Position numbers and translations under genes: made by a program
Shown: piece by piece, positions 1 through 10,391 of the stretch
Position numbering within the stretch: the stretch's first letter is position 1
How the letters are laid out: each line of letters starts with the position of its first letter
The notes under the pieces: model-generated
Database searches by the model: none
Told to the model about the DNA's origin: nothing
Seen by the model: only the letters and a program-made list of their open reading frames with translations
NCBI RefSeq assembly: GCF_964059055.1
Contig: NZ_OZ060386.1
Location: 420,001-452,000, forward strand
Reading direction: 5' to 3'
DNA from: Buchnera aphidicola (Neophyllaphis podocarpi)
GTDB taxonomy: Bacteria; Pseudomonadota; Gammaproteobacteria; Enterobacterales; Enterobacteriaceae
Length of the DNA stretch: 32,000 nt

Positions 1-127
1 AAAAGAAGAAATTTATGAAAATTTAAAGAAAACAATAAAAAAAGATGCTATAGAAAAATTAATACAAAAAATTTTAATTGAATATTTAATAAATAAAAAT
101 AATATTCAAAAATGTTATATAAATTAA
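1..127 (+). CDS. leuS: 3' end of a CDS that starts upstream of the window; probably the leucyl-tRNA synthetase C-terminus
   Basis: The frame is open from nt 2 to a TAA at 125-127 (..KKDAIEKLIQKILIEYLINKNNIQKCYIN*). There is weak collinear resemblance to the E. coli LeuS C-terminal end (DATEEQ...AKYLDG..RKVIYV). Its position directly upstream of holA-nadD matches the E. coli leuS-(lptE)-holA-nadD order. Confidence 0.4.
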   Translation, partial: KEEIYENLKKTIKKDAIEKLIQKILIEYLINKNNIQKCYIN

Positions 128-140
128 GGCTTAAAATAAA

Positions 141-1132
141 ATGACAAATTATATAAATAGCATAGAATTTTATAAAAACGCTTTTTTTAAAAAAAATTTT
201 TATTTTTTAATAGGTAATGAAACTAAAGTTACGCAGGAAATCACAGAAAAAATAATTTTAAATTGTAACAAAAAAAATTTTAACAAAATTAAAAACTTCT
301 ATGTAGAAGATCATAAAATTTTTAATAAAATATTTTATAAAATTCATGAACAAGATTTTTTAGAAAAAAAACAAATTATAATAATCAAAACTGATATAAA
401 GTCATTTAGCATAAAGATAAAAAAAAAATTCAACACTTAGTATCAATAAAAAATAAAAACATAATATGTATTATTTTTTTTGAAAAAAATATATTAAATA
501 ATAAAAATTATTTAGAAATGTTAAAAACAAATCAAGACATAGTTTTTATAAAATGCAATAAACCCAAAATAAACGAATTATATGAATGGATTAAATTTAA
601 ATCTAAAAAACTAAAAATAAAAATTAGCAAGATAAATCATGAGTTAATAATAAAAAATTATATAGATAACTTTACAGGTTTAATTAATTTTATAAATATA
701 ATATCTCTTATATGGCCAAATAAAAAAATAAATAGAAAAAAAATTCAACAAATTATAGAATGTGAAAATAGATTTACATACTCACAATGGATTAATTATA
801 TTATTAAAGGAAACCAAGAAAAAACTATAAAAATTCTACAATATTTTAAAATACAAAATTATAGTCCGGTAATATTAATTAGAGTATTACAAAATTTTAT
901 ATTAAATATTATAAATTTAAAAAGAAAAACTAAATATTGTATTTATGAAAATTATTTAAACAAAAATATTTTAACAAAAAATAATAATTTAGAAGAAAAA
1001 TCAAAAAAAATAAATAATAAAAAATTATATAATTCAATAAAATTAATAAGTTTAATAGAATTAAAAATCAAAAGAAATTTTAAGAAAAATGTTTGGTTAG
1101 AACTAATTAATTTATCATTAACATTATGTTAA
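141..1132 (+). pseudogene. holA: DNA polymerase III delta subunit (HolA), interrupted by a single frameshift in an A10 run at 419-428; possibly still expressed through slippage
   Basis: ORF 141-440 (frame 3) matches the HolA N-terminus (FYFLIGNETKVTQE vs E. coli YLLLGNDPLLLQES). ORF 518-1132 (frame 2) matches the C-terminal two thirds (LIWPNKKI / SPVILIRVLQNFILNIINLKRK / VWLELINLSLTLC vs LLWPDGKL / EPVILLRTLQRELLLLVNLKRQ / VWAELEGLSLLLC). I read frame 2 as stop-free from 410, so the two frames overlap across the A10 tract. One added A gives a continuous product of about 330 aa. Confidence 0.85.
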
Positions 1133-1139
1133 TAACTAA

Positions 1140-1793
1140 ATGAAAATTATGAAAAAAAATACTTTAAATATAATTTTAGGAGGAACTTTTGATCCTATTC
1201 ACTATGGTCATTTAAATATATCAAAAACATTAGCAAAAGAACTACAATCAAAGAAAATAACTTTAATACCCAATAAAAAATCATTAAATAAAATTAAGTC
1301 TACTGCATCTATAAAACATAGATTAAAAATGATTAAATTAGCTATAAAAAATAATAAAATGTTTAATTTAAATTATTTAGAAATAAAGTCAAATAATACA
1401 TTTTATACTATAGATACATTAAAAAAAATAAGAAAAGAAATAGGTTATAAAAAATCTTTAGCTTTTATAATTGGAGAAGATAATTTAATTGAATTATATA
1501 AATGGCATAAATGGAAAAAAATATTGAAAATAAGTCATTTAATAGTTTATAGAAGAAAAATTATTAATAAAAAAAATAAAATTTTTTTTGAAAAAAAAAT
1601 AACTCCTTATATAACAAATAAAAAAAATATGCTAACTAATCATGCGTTTGGATTAATATTTATATCTAATGCCCCTTTTATTAATTTATCTTCAACACAA
1701 ATAAGAAAAAATATAAAAGAAGGCATATCATGCAATAACATGCTACCTAAAAAAGTATTAAATTACATTAATAAAAAAAATATATATTTCTAA
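1140..1793 (+). CDS. nadD: Nicotinate-nucleotide adenylyltransferase (NaMN adenylyltransferase)
   Basis: The 217-aa ORF has the N-terminal motif ILGGTFDPIHYGHL (E. coli FGGTFDPVHYGHL) and the C-terminal SSTQIR motif. It lies directly downstream of holA, as in E. coli. The start could instead be the ATG at 1149. Confidence 0.9.
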   Translation: MKIMKKNTLNIILGGTFDPIHYGHLNISKTLAKELQSKKITLIPNKKSLNKIKSTASIKHRLKMIKLAIKNNKMFNLNYLEIKSNNTFYTIDTLKKIRKEIGYKKSLAFIIGEDNLIELYKWHKWKKILKISHLIVYRRKIINKKNKIFFEKKITPYITNKKNMLTNHAFGLIFISNAPFINLSSTQIRKNIKEGISCNNMLPKKVLNYINKKNIYF

Positions 1794-2000
1794 AATATAA
1801 AATTAATATAAAAAATTAAAATATTTAACCTTATAAGACTAAGATATATAGAAATATTAATAATAATTAAAAATATTATAAATATAAACGTTAATTTATT
1901 ATGATAATTACTAATAATTTAATTAATAAAAAGAAATTATATAATTATATAAAATAATTATATTAATATAGGAGTTAAGTTTTATTTTAAATATATTTAA

Positions 2001-3125
2001 TTATTGTTTAATTAATATATTTAACATTCTTCTAATAGGTTCAGCTGCTCCCCATAATAATTGGTCTCCTACAGTAAATGCTGATAAATATTTTTTCCCA
2101 ATATTAAGTTTTCTAATACGACCTATTGGAATATCTAAAGTACCAGAAGTAACAGAAGGATTTAGTTTTGAAATAGTAGATTCTGAATCATTAGGTATAA
2201 TTTTTACCCATTTATTATGATTATATATTATTTGAATAATATCATTAATATGAATATCATGCTTTAATTTTATTGTAAAATATTGACTATGACAACGTAA
2301 AGTACTAATACGTACACATATTCCATCTATTAAAAATAAATTTTCATTATCTATTCCTAAAATTTTATTTGTTTCAAACTGACCTTTCCATTCTTCTTTA
2401 CTAATACCGTAGGAAAAAGTCTTATCAATCCAAGGTATTAAACTACCAACTAAAGGAACTTTAAAATTATTTTTAGGTAATCTATCAGAATTAATTAAAT
2501 TAGTAACTTTACGATCTATACTTAAAATATTTGAAGATAAATCATTTTTTAAGTCTAAATCAATATATTTAGATAAAAAATTCATCTGTTTTAACAATTC
2601 AAACATATGTTTAGATCCTGCTCCAGAAGCAGCTTGATATGTAGCAACAGAAATCCATTCAATTAATTTATCATTAAATAAACCACCTAAAGCTAATAAC
2701 ATCAAACTAACAGTACAATTTCCACCTACAAAAGTTTTAAAACCTTCATTAATTTTATTAATAATTAAATCATAATTAACAGGATCTAAAACAATACAAG
2801 AATCATTACGTGTACGCAAATAAGAAGAAGAATCTATCCAATAACCTTCCCAACCAGAAGATCTAAGTTTATCATATATCTTTTTAGTATAATTAGTTCC
2901 TTGGCAAGTCAAGATAATATCTTGTTCTCGTAATAATGAAATATCGAATGCATCATACAAAACTTTATTTATAAAACTACTATTTATATTAGGAACAGTA
3001 CTTCCAATTTGAGAAGTTGAAAAAAATATAGGAATAATATTATTAAAATCTTTTTCCTCTTTCATTCTATCTAAAAGAACAGAACCAACCATACCTCTCC
3101 AACCAATAAATCCCACAGATTTCAT
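2001..3125 (-). CDS. asd: Aspartate-semialdehyde dehydrogenase
   Basis: The 374-aa ORF begins MKSVGFIGWRGMVGSVLLDRMKEEKDFNNIIPIFFSTSQ, nearly identical in pattern to E. coli Asd (MKNVGFIGWRGMVGSVLMQRMVEERDFDAIRPVFFSTSQ). It contains the active-site region GGNCTVSLMLLALGGLF. Confidence 0.95.
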   Translation of the reverse strand: MKSVGFIGWRGMVGSVLLDRMKEEKDFNNIIPIFFSTSQIGSTVPNINSSFINKVLYDAFDISLLREQDIILTCQGTNYTKKIYDKLRSSGWEGYWIDSSSYLRTRNDSCIVLDPVNYDLIINKINEGFKTFVGGNCTVSLMLLALGGLFNDKLIEWISVATYQAASGAGSKHMFELLKQMNFLSKYIDLDLKNDLSSNILSIDRKVTNLINSDRLPKNNFKVPLVGSLIPWIDKTFSYGISKEEWKGQFETNKILGIDNENLFLIDGICVRISTLRCHSQYFTIKLKHDIHINDIIQIIYNHNKWVKIIPNDSESTISKLNPSVTSGTLDIPIGRIRKLNIGKKYLSAFTVGDQLLWGAAEPIRRMLNILIKQ

Positions 3126-3312
3126 GATAATTTTCTCTTTTTTTGTTATAAAATAATATTTAATATTAAAAATAATAAAAAATAATTATACTATGAATAT
3201 TTTTATTTAAAAAGCAAAAAATAATTTCATAAAAACAAATTTTAATAAAATATTTATAAGTTTATTTATTATAAAAATAGTAAAAGAAAAAATAAAAAAT
3301 AAGGAAAAAAAT

Positions 3313-3906
3313 ATGAATGATATGATATCTTCAATTATATTACTATTATTAATTATGGATCCATTAGGTAATTTACCAATATTTATGTCTGTATTAAAAA
3401 ATTTTACACCTAAAAGAAGAAAGATTGTATTAATTAGAGAAATGATAATAGCGCTAATTATTATGATATTATTTTTATTTGCTGGAGAAAAAATATTATC
3501 TATACTAAATTTAAGAACAGAAACGGTATCTATTTCAGGAGGAATAATATTATTTTTAATAGCTATTAATATGATTTTTCCTACTAAAGAAAACAATAAT
3601 AATGGAATATCAGTTGGAGAAGAACCATTTTTAGTACCATTAGCTATTCCATTAGTTGCTGGTCCTTCATTATTAGCAACTTTAATGCTATTATCACATC
3701 AATATCCTAATCAAATGATTTACTTATCTGTATCATTAATAATAGCATGGATTATCACATTAATTATATTATTATTGTCAGGTGTATTTCTTCGTATTTT
3801 TGGATCTAAAGGAGTAAATGCGTTAGAACGTCTAATGGGATTAATTTTAATAATGTTATCTACACAAATGTTTTTAGACGGAATTAGATCTTGGTTTAAA
3901 ATATAA
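3313..3906 (+). CDS. yhgN: MarC-family (UPF0056) integral membrane protein
   Basis: The 197-aa hydrophobic ORF has the MarC-family N-terminal signature (LLLLIMDPLGNLPIFMSVLK). It is divergent from asd, as yhgN is in E. coli. Confidence 0.8.
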   Translation: MNDMISSIILLLLIMDPLGNLPIFMSVLKNFTPKRRKIVLIREMIIALIIMILFLFAGEKILSILNLRTETVSISGGIILFLIAINMIFPTKENNNNGISVGEEPFLVPLAIPLVAGPSLLATLMLLSHQYPNQMIYLSVSLIIAWIITLIILLLSGVFLRIFGSKGVNALERLMGLILIMLSTQMFLDGIRSWFKI

Positions 3907-3958
3907 CATATAATTGATTCACAATTTAAAAATTTAGTAAATATAAAATAAGAAAAAT

Positions 3959-5119
3959 ATGATTAAAATAACTGATTTAAACATAAATAACAAAAGAGTT
4001 CTCATAAGATCTGATTTAAATGTTCCAATAAAAAATAAAAGAATAAAGTCTTATGCAAGAATTGAAGCATCTTTGCCAACAATAAAATATGCTTTAAGTA
4101 AAAACTCTCAAGTAATACTATTATCTCATTTAGGTAGACCTATAGAAGGTAAATATGATGAAAATTTATCTTTAAAGATAGTAAGTTTATATCTTAAAAA
4201 AATATTAAAAAATATAGAAATTATATTTATTAAAGATCTTCCAGAAAAAATTGAATTTAAGAAAAAAACTTTAATTATTTTAGAAAATGTTCGTTTTAAT
4301 ATAGGAGAAAAAAGTAATAGCTCAGAACTAGCAAAAAAATATGCAAATCTATGTGATGTATTTGTAATGGATGCTTTTGGATGTATACATAGATCCCATG
4401 CTTCAACTCACTCATTAGCTAAACAAGCAAAGAAAACTTGCGCTGGTCTATTATTGACCCAAGAACTAAAATACTTAAAAAAAGCATTGATCAATCCAAT
4501 TCGTCCTATGGTATCAATAGTCGGAGGAGCTAAAATATCTACAAAATTTGGAATATTAGATAAATTATTACAAATTTCAGACTATGTTATCGTAGGAGGA
4601 GGTATAGCAAATACTTTTTTAGCAATAAATAATAATATAGGAAAATCATTACATGAATCAAAGTTTATAGATAAGGCAAGAATATTAAAACAAAAATACA
4701 ATAATCTTATTTTACCACATGACTCAAAAGTAGTAAGTGAATTTAATGAAAACGCTGATTTCATAACAAAAAAAGTTTTTAATATATCCAACAATGAAGA
4801 AATAATAGATTTTGGAAATGATAGTGCTATAAAAATGGCAAAAATAATAAAAAAAGCAAAAACAATAATATGGAATGGGCCTGTTGGTGTTTTTGAATTT
4901 AAAAAATTTAGAGAAGGTACGGAAATTATAGCTAAAGCTATAGCAAAAAATAAAGGTCTATCTATTGCTGGAGGAGGAGATACTTTAGCAGCAATCGAAA
5001 TGTTTAAGATAAAAAATAAATTATCTTATATATCTACAGGAGGAGGGGCATTTTTAAAATTAATAGAAGGTAATACATTACCAATTATAGAAGAACTAGA
5101 AAAAAGAAGTATATTTTAA
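3959..5119 (+). CDS. pgk: Phosphoglycerate kinase
   Basis: The 386-aa ORF starts MIKITDLNINNKRVLIRSDLNVP and has the C-terminal motifs WNGPVGVFEF, GGGDT and STGGGAFL, which are typical of Pgk. Confidence 0.95.
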   Translation: MIKITDLNINNKRVLIRSDLNVPIKNKRIKSYARIEASLPTIKYALSKNSQVILLSHLGRPIEGKYDENLSLKIVSLYLKKILKNIEIIFIKDLPEKIEFKKKTLIILENVRFNIGEKSNSSELAKKYANLCDVFVMDAFGCIHRSHASTHSLAKQAKKTCAGLLLTQELKYLKKALINPIRPMVSIVGGAKISTKFGILDKLLQISDYVIVGGGIANTFLAINNNIGKSLHESKFIDKARILKQKYNNLILPHDSKVVSEFNENADFITKKVFNISNNEEIIDFGNDSAIKMAKIIKKAKTIIWNGPVGVFEFKKFREGTEIIAKAIAKNKGLSIAGGGDTLAAIEMFKIKNKLSYISTGGGAFLKLIEGNTLPIIEELEKRSIF

Positions 5120-5133
5120 AAAAAAGGAATAAA

Positions 5134-6222
5134 ATGCAAAAAATATTTAATATTTTAAAACCTGGGGTTCTTAATGGGTATGAAGCAAATAAATTGTTTA
5201 ATTTTGCAAAAAAAAATAAATTTGCTATACCGGCTGTAAATTGTATAAATACAGATTCAATTAATTCAACTATGGAAGCAGCCAGCAAATCAAATTCTCC
5301 GATAATTATTCAATTTTCTCTAGGAGGATCTGCTTTTATTGCAGGTAAAGGCATAAATAATGCTAACTATAAAAATCATCAAATATCTATTTTAGGAGCA
5401 ATATCAGGTGCATATCATGTACATTTAATGGCTGAACATTATAATATTCCTGTAATTCTTCATACTGATCATTGCAATAAAAAATCACTACCATGGATTG
5501 ATGGATTAATAATTAAAGGAGAAGAATTTTTTTATAAAACTGGTAAACCATTATTTACATCTCATATGTTAGATTTATCTGAAGAAAATATAGAAGAAAA
5601 TTTAAAAATATGTAAAAAATATTTTAAAAATATGAATAAAATTGATATGGCTTTAGAAATGGAATTAGGATGTACTGGAGGAGAAGAAGATGGAATAGAC
5701 AATTCTAAAATTAAAAAATCTTTTTTATATACAAAACCAAAAGATGTAAATTATGCATTTGAAAAGTTAAATGAGATTAGCGAAAATTTCACTATAGCTG
5801 CATCTTTTGGTAATGTTCATGGAGTATATAAACCAGGAAGCATAAATCTTAAACCATCTATTTTAAAAGAATCTCAAATTTATGTAAGTAAAAAACAAAA
5901 AATAAAAGATAACAAACCACTTAAATTTGTATTTCATGGTGGATCAGGATCTAATATAGAAGATATACAAAAATCTATAAAATATGGAGTAATAAAAATA
6001 AATATAGATACAGATATACAATGGGCTACATGGTTAGGAGTATTTAAATATTATAAAAAAAATAAAGAATATTTAAATAAACAAATAGGGAACAAAAAAA
6101 ATAAAAATAGTCCTAACAAAAAATATTATGATCCTAGAAGCTGGATACGTTATGCACAAAAATCTATAATAAATAGATTGAATATTTCATTTGAACAAAC
6201 AAATTCTAAAAATACTTTATAA
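5134..6222 (+). CDS. fbaA: Fructose-bisphosphate aldolase, class II
   Basis: The 362-aa ORF contains ...AIPAVNCINTDSINSTMEAA...PIIIQFS..., the HTDHC metal site, FGNVHGVYKPG and VFHGGSGS. It follows pgk, as in E. coli pgk-fbaA. Confidence 0.95.
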   Translation: MQKIFNILKPGVLNGYEANKLFNFAKKNKFAIPAVNCINTDSINSTMEAASKSNSPIIIQFSLGGSAFIAGKGINNANYKNHQISILGAISGAYHVHLMAEHYNIPVILHTDHCNKKSLPWIDGLIIKGEEFFYKTGKPLFTSHMLDLSEENIEENLKICKKYFKNMNKIDMALEMELGCTGGEEDGIDNSKIKKSFLYTKPKDVNYAFEKLNEISENFTIAASFGNVHGVYKPGSINLKPSILKESQIYVSKKQKIKDNKPLKFVFHGGSGSNIEDIQKSIKYGVIKINIDTDIQWATWLGVFKYYKKNKEYLNKQIGNKKNKNSPNKKYYDPRSWIRYAQKSIINRLNISFEQTNSKNTL

Positions 6223-6271
6223 GAATAAATAAATCAAATTATACAATTGTAAATATTAACTAACATTTTTA

Positions 6272-6315
6272 AAAAAATAACAGAGAGTAATAAAAAAATA
6301 TCTCTGTTATTTTTT
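6272..6315 (+). terminator. Rho-independent terminator candidate downstream of fbaA
   Basis: There is a perfect inverted repeat: aaaaaataacagaga (6272-6286) and tctctgttatttttt (6301-6315), separated by a 14-nt loop. The GC-containing core stem aacagaga/tctctgtt is followed by attttttat. It lies about 50 nt after the fbaA stop and before mscS. Confidence 0.6.
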
Positions 6316-6359
6316 ATAAAAATATATTTTTGTTAGATCTTTAGAGCTATAAAATAAAA

Positions 6360-7199
6360 ATGGAAAAATTTAATTTAATATATGATATTTATCATATAAA
6401 TGATTGGGTAACAATAAATAGAGAATTATTAATACATTATATTATAAATATAATCTGGGCTATAGCCATTTTTATTATTGGTAAATCAATTGCAAAGATT
6501 ATATCTAATGGAATAAATAAAGTGTTAATTTTAAGAAATATTGATATTACTATTTCTAATTTTATATCCTCAATCATGCGTTACAGTATAATTACATTTA
6601 CAGTAATTGCTTCATTAAGCAAAATAGGAGTACAAACAACTTCAATAATTGCGGTATTAGGAACTGCGGGAATGGCAATAGGTTTAGCTTTACAAGGATC
6701 TTTATCTAATTTATCTGCAGGAATTATTCTAGTAACATTAAGAACATTACGTACAGGAGAATATGTTGATTTAGGAGGTATATTAGGCACTATTTTAAAT
6801 GTACATATTTTTTATACTATATTAAAAACAGTAGACGGTAAAATAGCAGTAATACCTAATAGTAAAATAATTAATGGAAGTATTATAAACTATTCAAGAG
6901 AACCTATAAGAAGAAATGAATTTATAATTGTTGTATCATATAATTCAGATATTGATTTAGTAAAAAAAATAATACAAAAAGTGATAAATGAAGAAAATAG
7001 AGTAATAAAAGATAAAGATATAATAATTGGAATAAAAAAAATTGATTTAGAAGCTATATATTTTACTATTAGATGTTGGAGTAAAATAGATGAATATAAT
7101 TCAGTATACTGGGATTTAATGAGCAAATTTAAAAAATCATTAGATAAAAATAACATTAATATTAACTGTAATAAAATAAATATAAACGTATTTTTATAA
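6360..7199 (+). CDS. mscS: Small-conductance mechanosensitive channel
   Basis: The 279-aa ORF is collinear with E. coli MscS/YggB ([58 protein letters not shown] vs [58 protein letters not shown]). Confidence 0.95.
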   Translation: [279 protein letters not shown]

Positions 7200-7238
7200 A
7201 AACATTAATATTTAATATAATTATCTCTGGAAAAAATA

Positions 7239-10200
7239 ATGTTTAATATATATTATTCTAATCAATTAAATATTCTAATTAAAAAAATAGATAAAGTTAT
7301 TAAAAAAACACCAGCAAAAAATTTATTAAAACCTGAAATTATATTAGTTCCTAGTACAAAATTAATACAACCAATACAAATACTAATAACTAAACATATA
7401 GGAATATGCGCTAATATAGAAATTATGTTATTTAAAAATTTTTTGTTAAAATATTTTAACATATTTTTTTTTAAAAGAATATTTTTGGATGATGAATTAC
7501 TAACATGGAAATTGTTTTCTTTAAATAATTTTAAAAAAATAGTAAAAGATAATAAAGAAATAAAAGAAAAAGAAATTATAAATTATGAATTACAAAATTT
7601 TAGCTTAGCAAAATATATAGCAAAATTATTCAAACAATACATGTTATATGATCCTTTATTTTTAGAAAAAATATCAAACAAAAAAAAAATAAATAGTCAA
7701 TATATATGGCAAATAAAATTATGGAAATGTATTTTTAATAAAAAAAATAAAAACAATAAAGAATCATTTAATACATATAATTTTTTTGAAAAAGAGATTT
7801 TAAAGTCTAAAAAAAATAAATTAATTCCTAAAAGATTTTTTTTATGTTGTATAAATTTTTTAGAACCTATTTATATTATAATATTAAAAATTTTAAATAA
7901 GTATAGTGATATTTATATACTAATTAGTAATAGCATTTTTTATAACAAAAAAACTACTAATTTTACAGAAAGTAAGATCAAAGGAAAAATATTTAAAACA
8001 ATTTCATTAGTAGAACAGAACAAAAATATATTTATATCTAAATTAAAATGTAAAAATATAAAAGAAAAGAAATTCTTCATAAGAACAGAAAAAAATATCT
8101 TAAATACAATTAAAAAAGAAATTTTAAATAAAAAATTTAATTCTTTATTTAATGGTAATAACATAAACAAAAAAGAGATAAAAGAAAATAATACTATAGA
8201 ACTTGAAGATAGTTCTTTTTGTGTAAAAGCAACAAATAATATAAGAGAAGAAATAGAAAAATTATATGAAAATATTAAAAAAATTTTAAATAAAAAAAAC
8301 GATATTTTACCACATGAAATTATTGTGATGAGCAATAATATTAAAAAATACTCTCATATTATAAAATCAGTTTTTAAAAAAAACTTTAAAGTTAAAATTA
8401 TAGATGAAAAATTTAGTGATAAAAGTATATTATTTAATAATTTTTATAAGTTAATGAAATTAGGAGATAGTCAACTATCTAATATTCAAATAATTGAGTT
8501 TTTAGAAATGGATAGTATTTCAAAAAAATTTAAAATTAATCAAGAAGAATATAAATTATTATATAAATGGATAAAAGAATTAGGTGTACAATGGGGTTTT
8601 GATCAAAAGCATATAAACAAAAAAATTAATTTAAAAAATATAAATATTAATACATGGAAAGTAGGAATCAAAAAAATTTTATTAGGATATGCTATGGATC
8701 AAGATAATATATTTGATAATATAATACCTTATTATGAACCTAATAATTTGTTTAATAGGTTAATTGAAAAGTTTATAATTTTATTGATAAAATTAAACAA
8801 ATGGCGAAAAATTTTTCAAAAACCCAAAACAATAAAATATTGGATAAAAAAATATCAAAAATTTACTAGTGATTTCTTTGATAAAAAAGAAGATTCAAAA
8901 AAAGAACTAAAACTTATAGAAAAAACTTGGAAAAAAATTTTGTATAATGGACTAAAATCCAAAAATAAAGATAAAATATCAATTAATCTATTAAGAGAAG
9001 AAATATTAAATAATATAAATAAAAAATCAAATAATCATATAATAGATGGTTCAATATGTTTTAGTAATATAAATTATTTAAGCTATTTTCCTTTTAAAGT
9101 TGTTTGTATAATAGGTCTAAATCAAAAATTTTTTATCAAAACAACAATTAAAAATAAATATTATTTTTTAGTAGATTCAATTAAAAAAATAAATAATAAC
9201 TTAAATTATTTAAATTATAATAAAATATTTTTTTTAAATTCATTGATATCTGCACAAAAAATATTTTACATTAGTTACATAAAAAAAAACTCTCAGAATA
9301 TAATAAATACTACTTCAGTATTAAATAAATTAATAAATTATATAAAATATAAATTTTATATAAAGAAAAAATCATTAAAAGAAAATAAAATAAAAAAAAT
9401 TAACACAAAAAAAATAAATAAAATAAGCAAAAAAAATATATGTTATAAAAATAAATATTTAATAGAAAAACAATTCTATAATATAGAACAAATTGAAAAA
9501 AAAATATCTTTTAAAAATCTGTTAAAATTTTGGAAAAATCCAATACGTTTCTTTTTTAATTATAGATTACAAATTAAAAATTTTTATCAAATAGAAAACT
9601 TATATGAAAATGAAATATTTCAACCAAATAATCTAGATATTTATAAAATCAACACAGAGATCTTAGATAAAATTTTATATAAAAAAGATATAAATATACT
9701 TTTTAAAAAATATAAAACAAACAATCAATTACCAATAGGTAAATTTGGTGAAATAATATGGAACAAACAAATAAAAGAAATGGAACAAATAGCACAAAAA
9801 ATAAATAATTATGTAGATATCAATACAGAAAAATACATAAATTCAGAAATTAAGTTACTAAGGATCGAAAATAATTATTTAAAAACATATAAAACAGGAT
9901 TAGTACGCTGGAGACCAGGTATATTAAATATATATGACGGATTATCTTTATGGCTAGAACATCTTGTGTATTGTCTTTCAGGAGGATTAGGAAATAGTAT
10001 TTTTATTGGACAAAAAAATACAAAATGGTATTTTTCAAATATAAATAAAGAAATAGCTTTTAAGAATTTAAAAAAATATATTAAAGGATATAAAGAAGGT
10101 TTAATGACACCAATCCTATTAACAAAATCTGGAGAAAAATGGTTAAGTACTATATATAATACTAAGAATAATAGTTTATCGAAAAATAATCAAGTACATA

Positions 10201-10388
10201 AAAAAGCAGAAAAAAATTTATTAAATACGTGGTTTGGAAATTTTATAATATATGGAGAAAGAGAAGATATATATATTAGTAAAATTATAAATAAAATAGA
10301 TGATTACTATATAAATAAAATATGTAGTGCATCAAAAAAATGGTTAATGCCAATTTTAAAAAATAATACTAACTTAAAAATAAACTAA
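7239..10388 (+). CDS. recC: Exodeoxyribonuclease V gamma subunit (RecC)
   Basis: The ORF is an uninterrupted 1049 aa. Its N-terminus MFNIYYSNQLNIL resembles E. coli MLRVYHSNRLDVL. Its size, and its position directly upstream of recB-recD, fit RecC. It contains an in-frame A10 run at 7680-7689. Confidence 0.85.
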   Translation: MFNIYYSNQLNILIKKIDKVIKKTPAKNLLKPEIILVPSTKLIQPIQILITKHIGICANIEIMLFKNFLLKYFNIFFFKRIFLDDELLTWKLFSLNNFKKIVKDNKEIKEKEIINYELQNFSLAKYIAKLFKQYMLYDPLFLEKISNKKKINSQYIWQIKLWKCIFNKKNKNNKESFNTYNFFEKEILKSKKNKLIPKRFFLCCINFLEPIYIIILKILNKYSDIYILISNSIFYNKKTTNFTESKIKGKIFKTISLVEQNKNIFISKLKCKNIKEKKFFIRTEKNILNTIKKEILNKKFNSLFNGNNINKKEIKENNTIELEDSSFCVKATNNIREEIEKLYENIKKILNKKNDILPHEIIVMSNNIKKYSHIIKSVFKKNFKVKIIDEKFSDKSILFNNFYKLMKLGDSQLSNIQIIEFLEMDSISKKFKINQEEYKLLYKWIKELGVQWGFDQKHINKKINLKNININTWKVGIKKILLGYAMDQDNIFDNIIPYYEPNNLFNRLIEKFIILLIKLNKWRKIFQKPKTIKYWIKKYQKFTSDFFDKKEDSKKELKLIEKTWKKILYNGLKSKNKDKISINLLREEILNNINKKSNNHIIDGSICFSNINYLSYFPFKVVCIIGLNQKFFIKTTIKNKYYFLVDSIKKINNNLNYLNYNKIFFLNSLISAQKIFYISYIKKNSQNIINTTSVLNKLINYIKYKFYIKKKSLKENKIKKINTKKINKISKKNICYKNKYLIEKQFYNIEQIEKKISFKNLLKFWKNPIRFFFNYRLQIKNFYQIENLYENEIFQPNNLDIYKINTEILDKILYKKDINILFKKYKTNNQLPIGKFGEIIWNKQIKEMEQIAQKINNYVDINTEKYINSEIKLLRIENNYLKTYKTGLVRWRPGILNIYDGLSLWLEHLVYCLSGGLGNSIFIGQKNTKWYFSNINKEIAFKNLKKYIKGYKEGLMTPILLTKSGEKWLSTIYNTKNNSLSKNNQVHKKAEKNLLNTWFGNFIIYGEREDIYISKIINKIDDYYINKICSASKKWLMPILKNNTNLKIN

Positions 10389-10391
10389 TAA

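Noticed and set aside
1937-1952. A 16-bp perfect palindrome, ttatataattatataa, in the nadD/asd convergent spacer
   Set aside because: It is short, made only of A and T, and embedded in TA-repeat low complexity. It is expected by chance in this composition, has no G/C-anchored stem or T-tract, and is not a convincing terminator.
3207-3596. A 129-aa minus-strand ORF overlapping yhgN
   Set aside because: It is antisense to a well-supported MarC-family gene. The product is low-complexity Ile/Phe/Asn sequence with no recognisable motif. This is the typical shadow ORF produced by the complement of AAA/AAT-rich codons.
6330-6353. TTGTTA...TATAAA upstream of mscS as a promoter
   Set aside because: The spacing between the hexamers is only 12 bp, which is incompatible with a standard sigma-70 promoter.
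7940-8335. A 131-aa minus-strand ORF inside recC. Similar antisense ORFs lie at 4582-4794, 5085-5288, 6581-6790, 6890-7156, 7262-7462, 11203-11424, 15240-15539, 29634-29837 and 30977-31174.
   Set aside because: All lie entirely within, and antisense to, confidently identified genes. All are Phe/Ile/Leu-rich, being mirror images of Lys/Asn/Ile codons. None has a convincing RBS or known motif.
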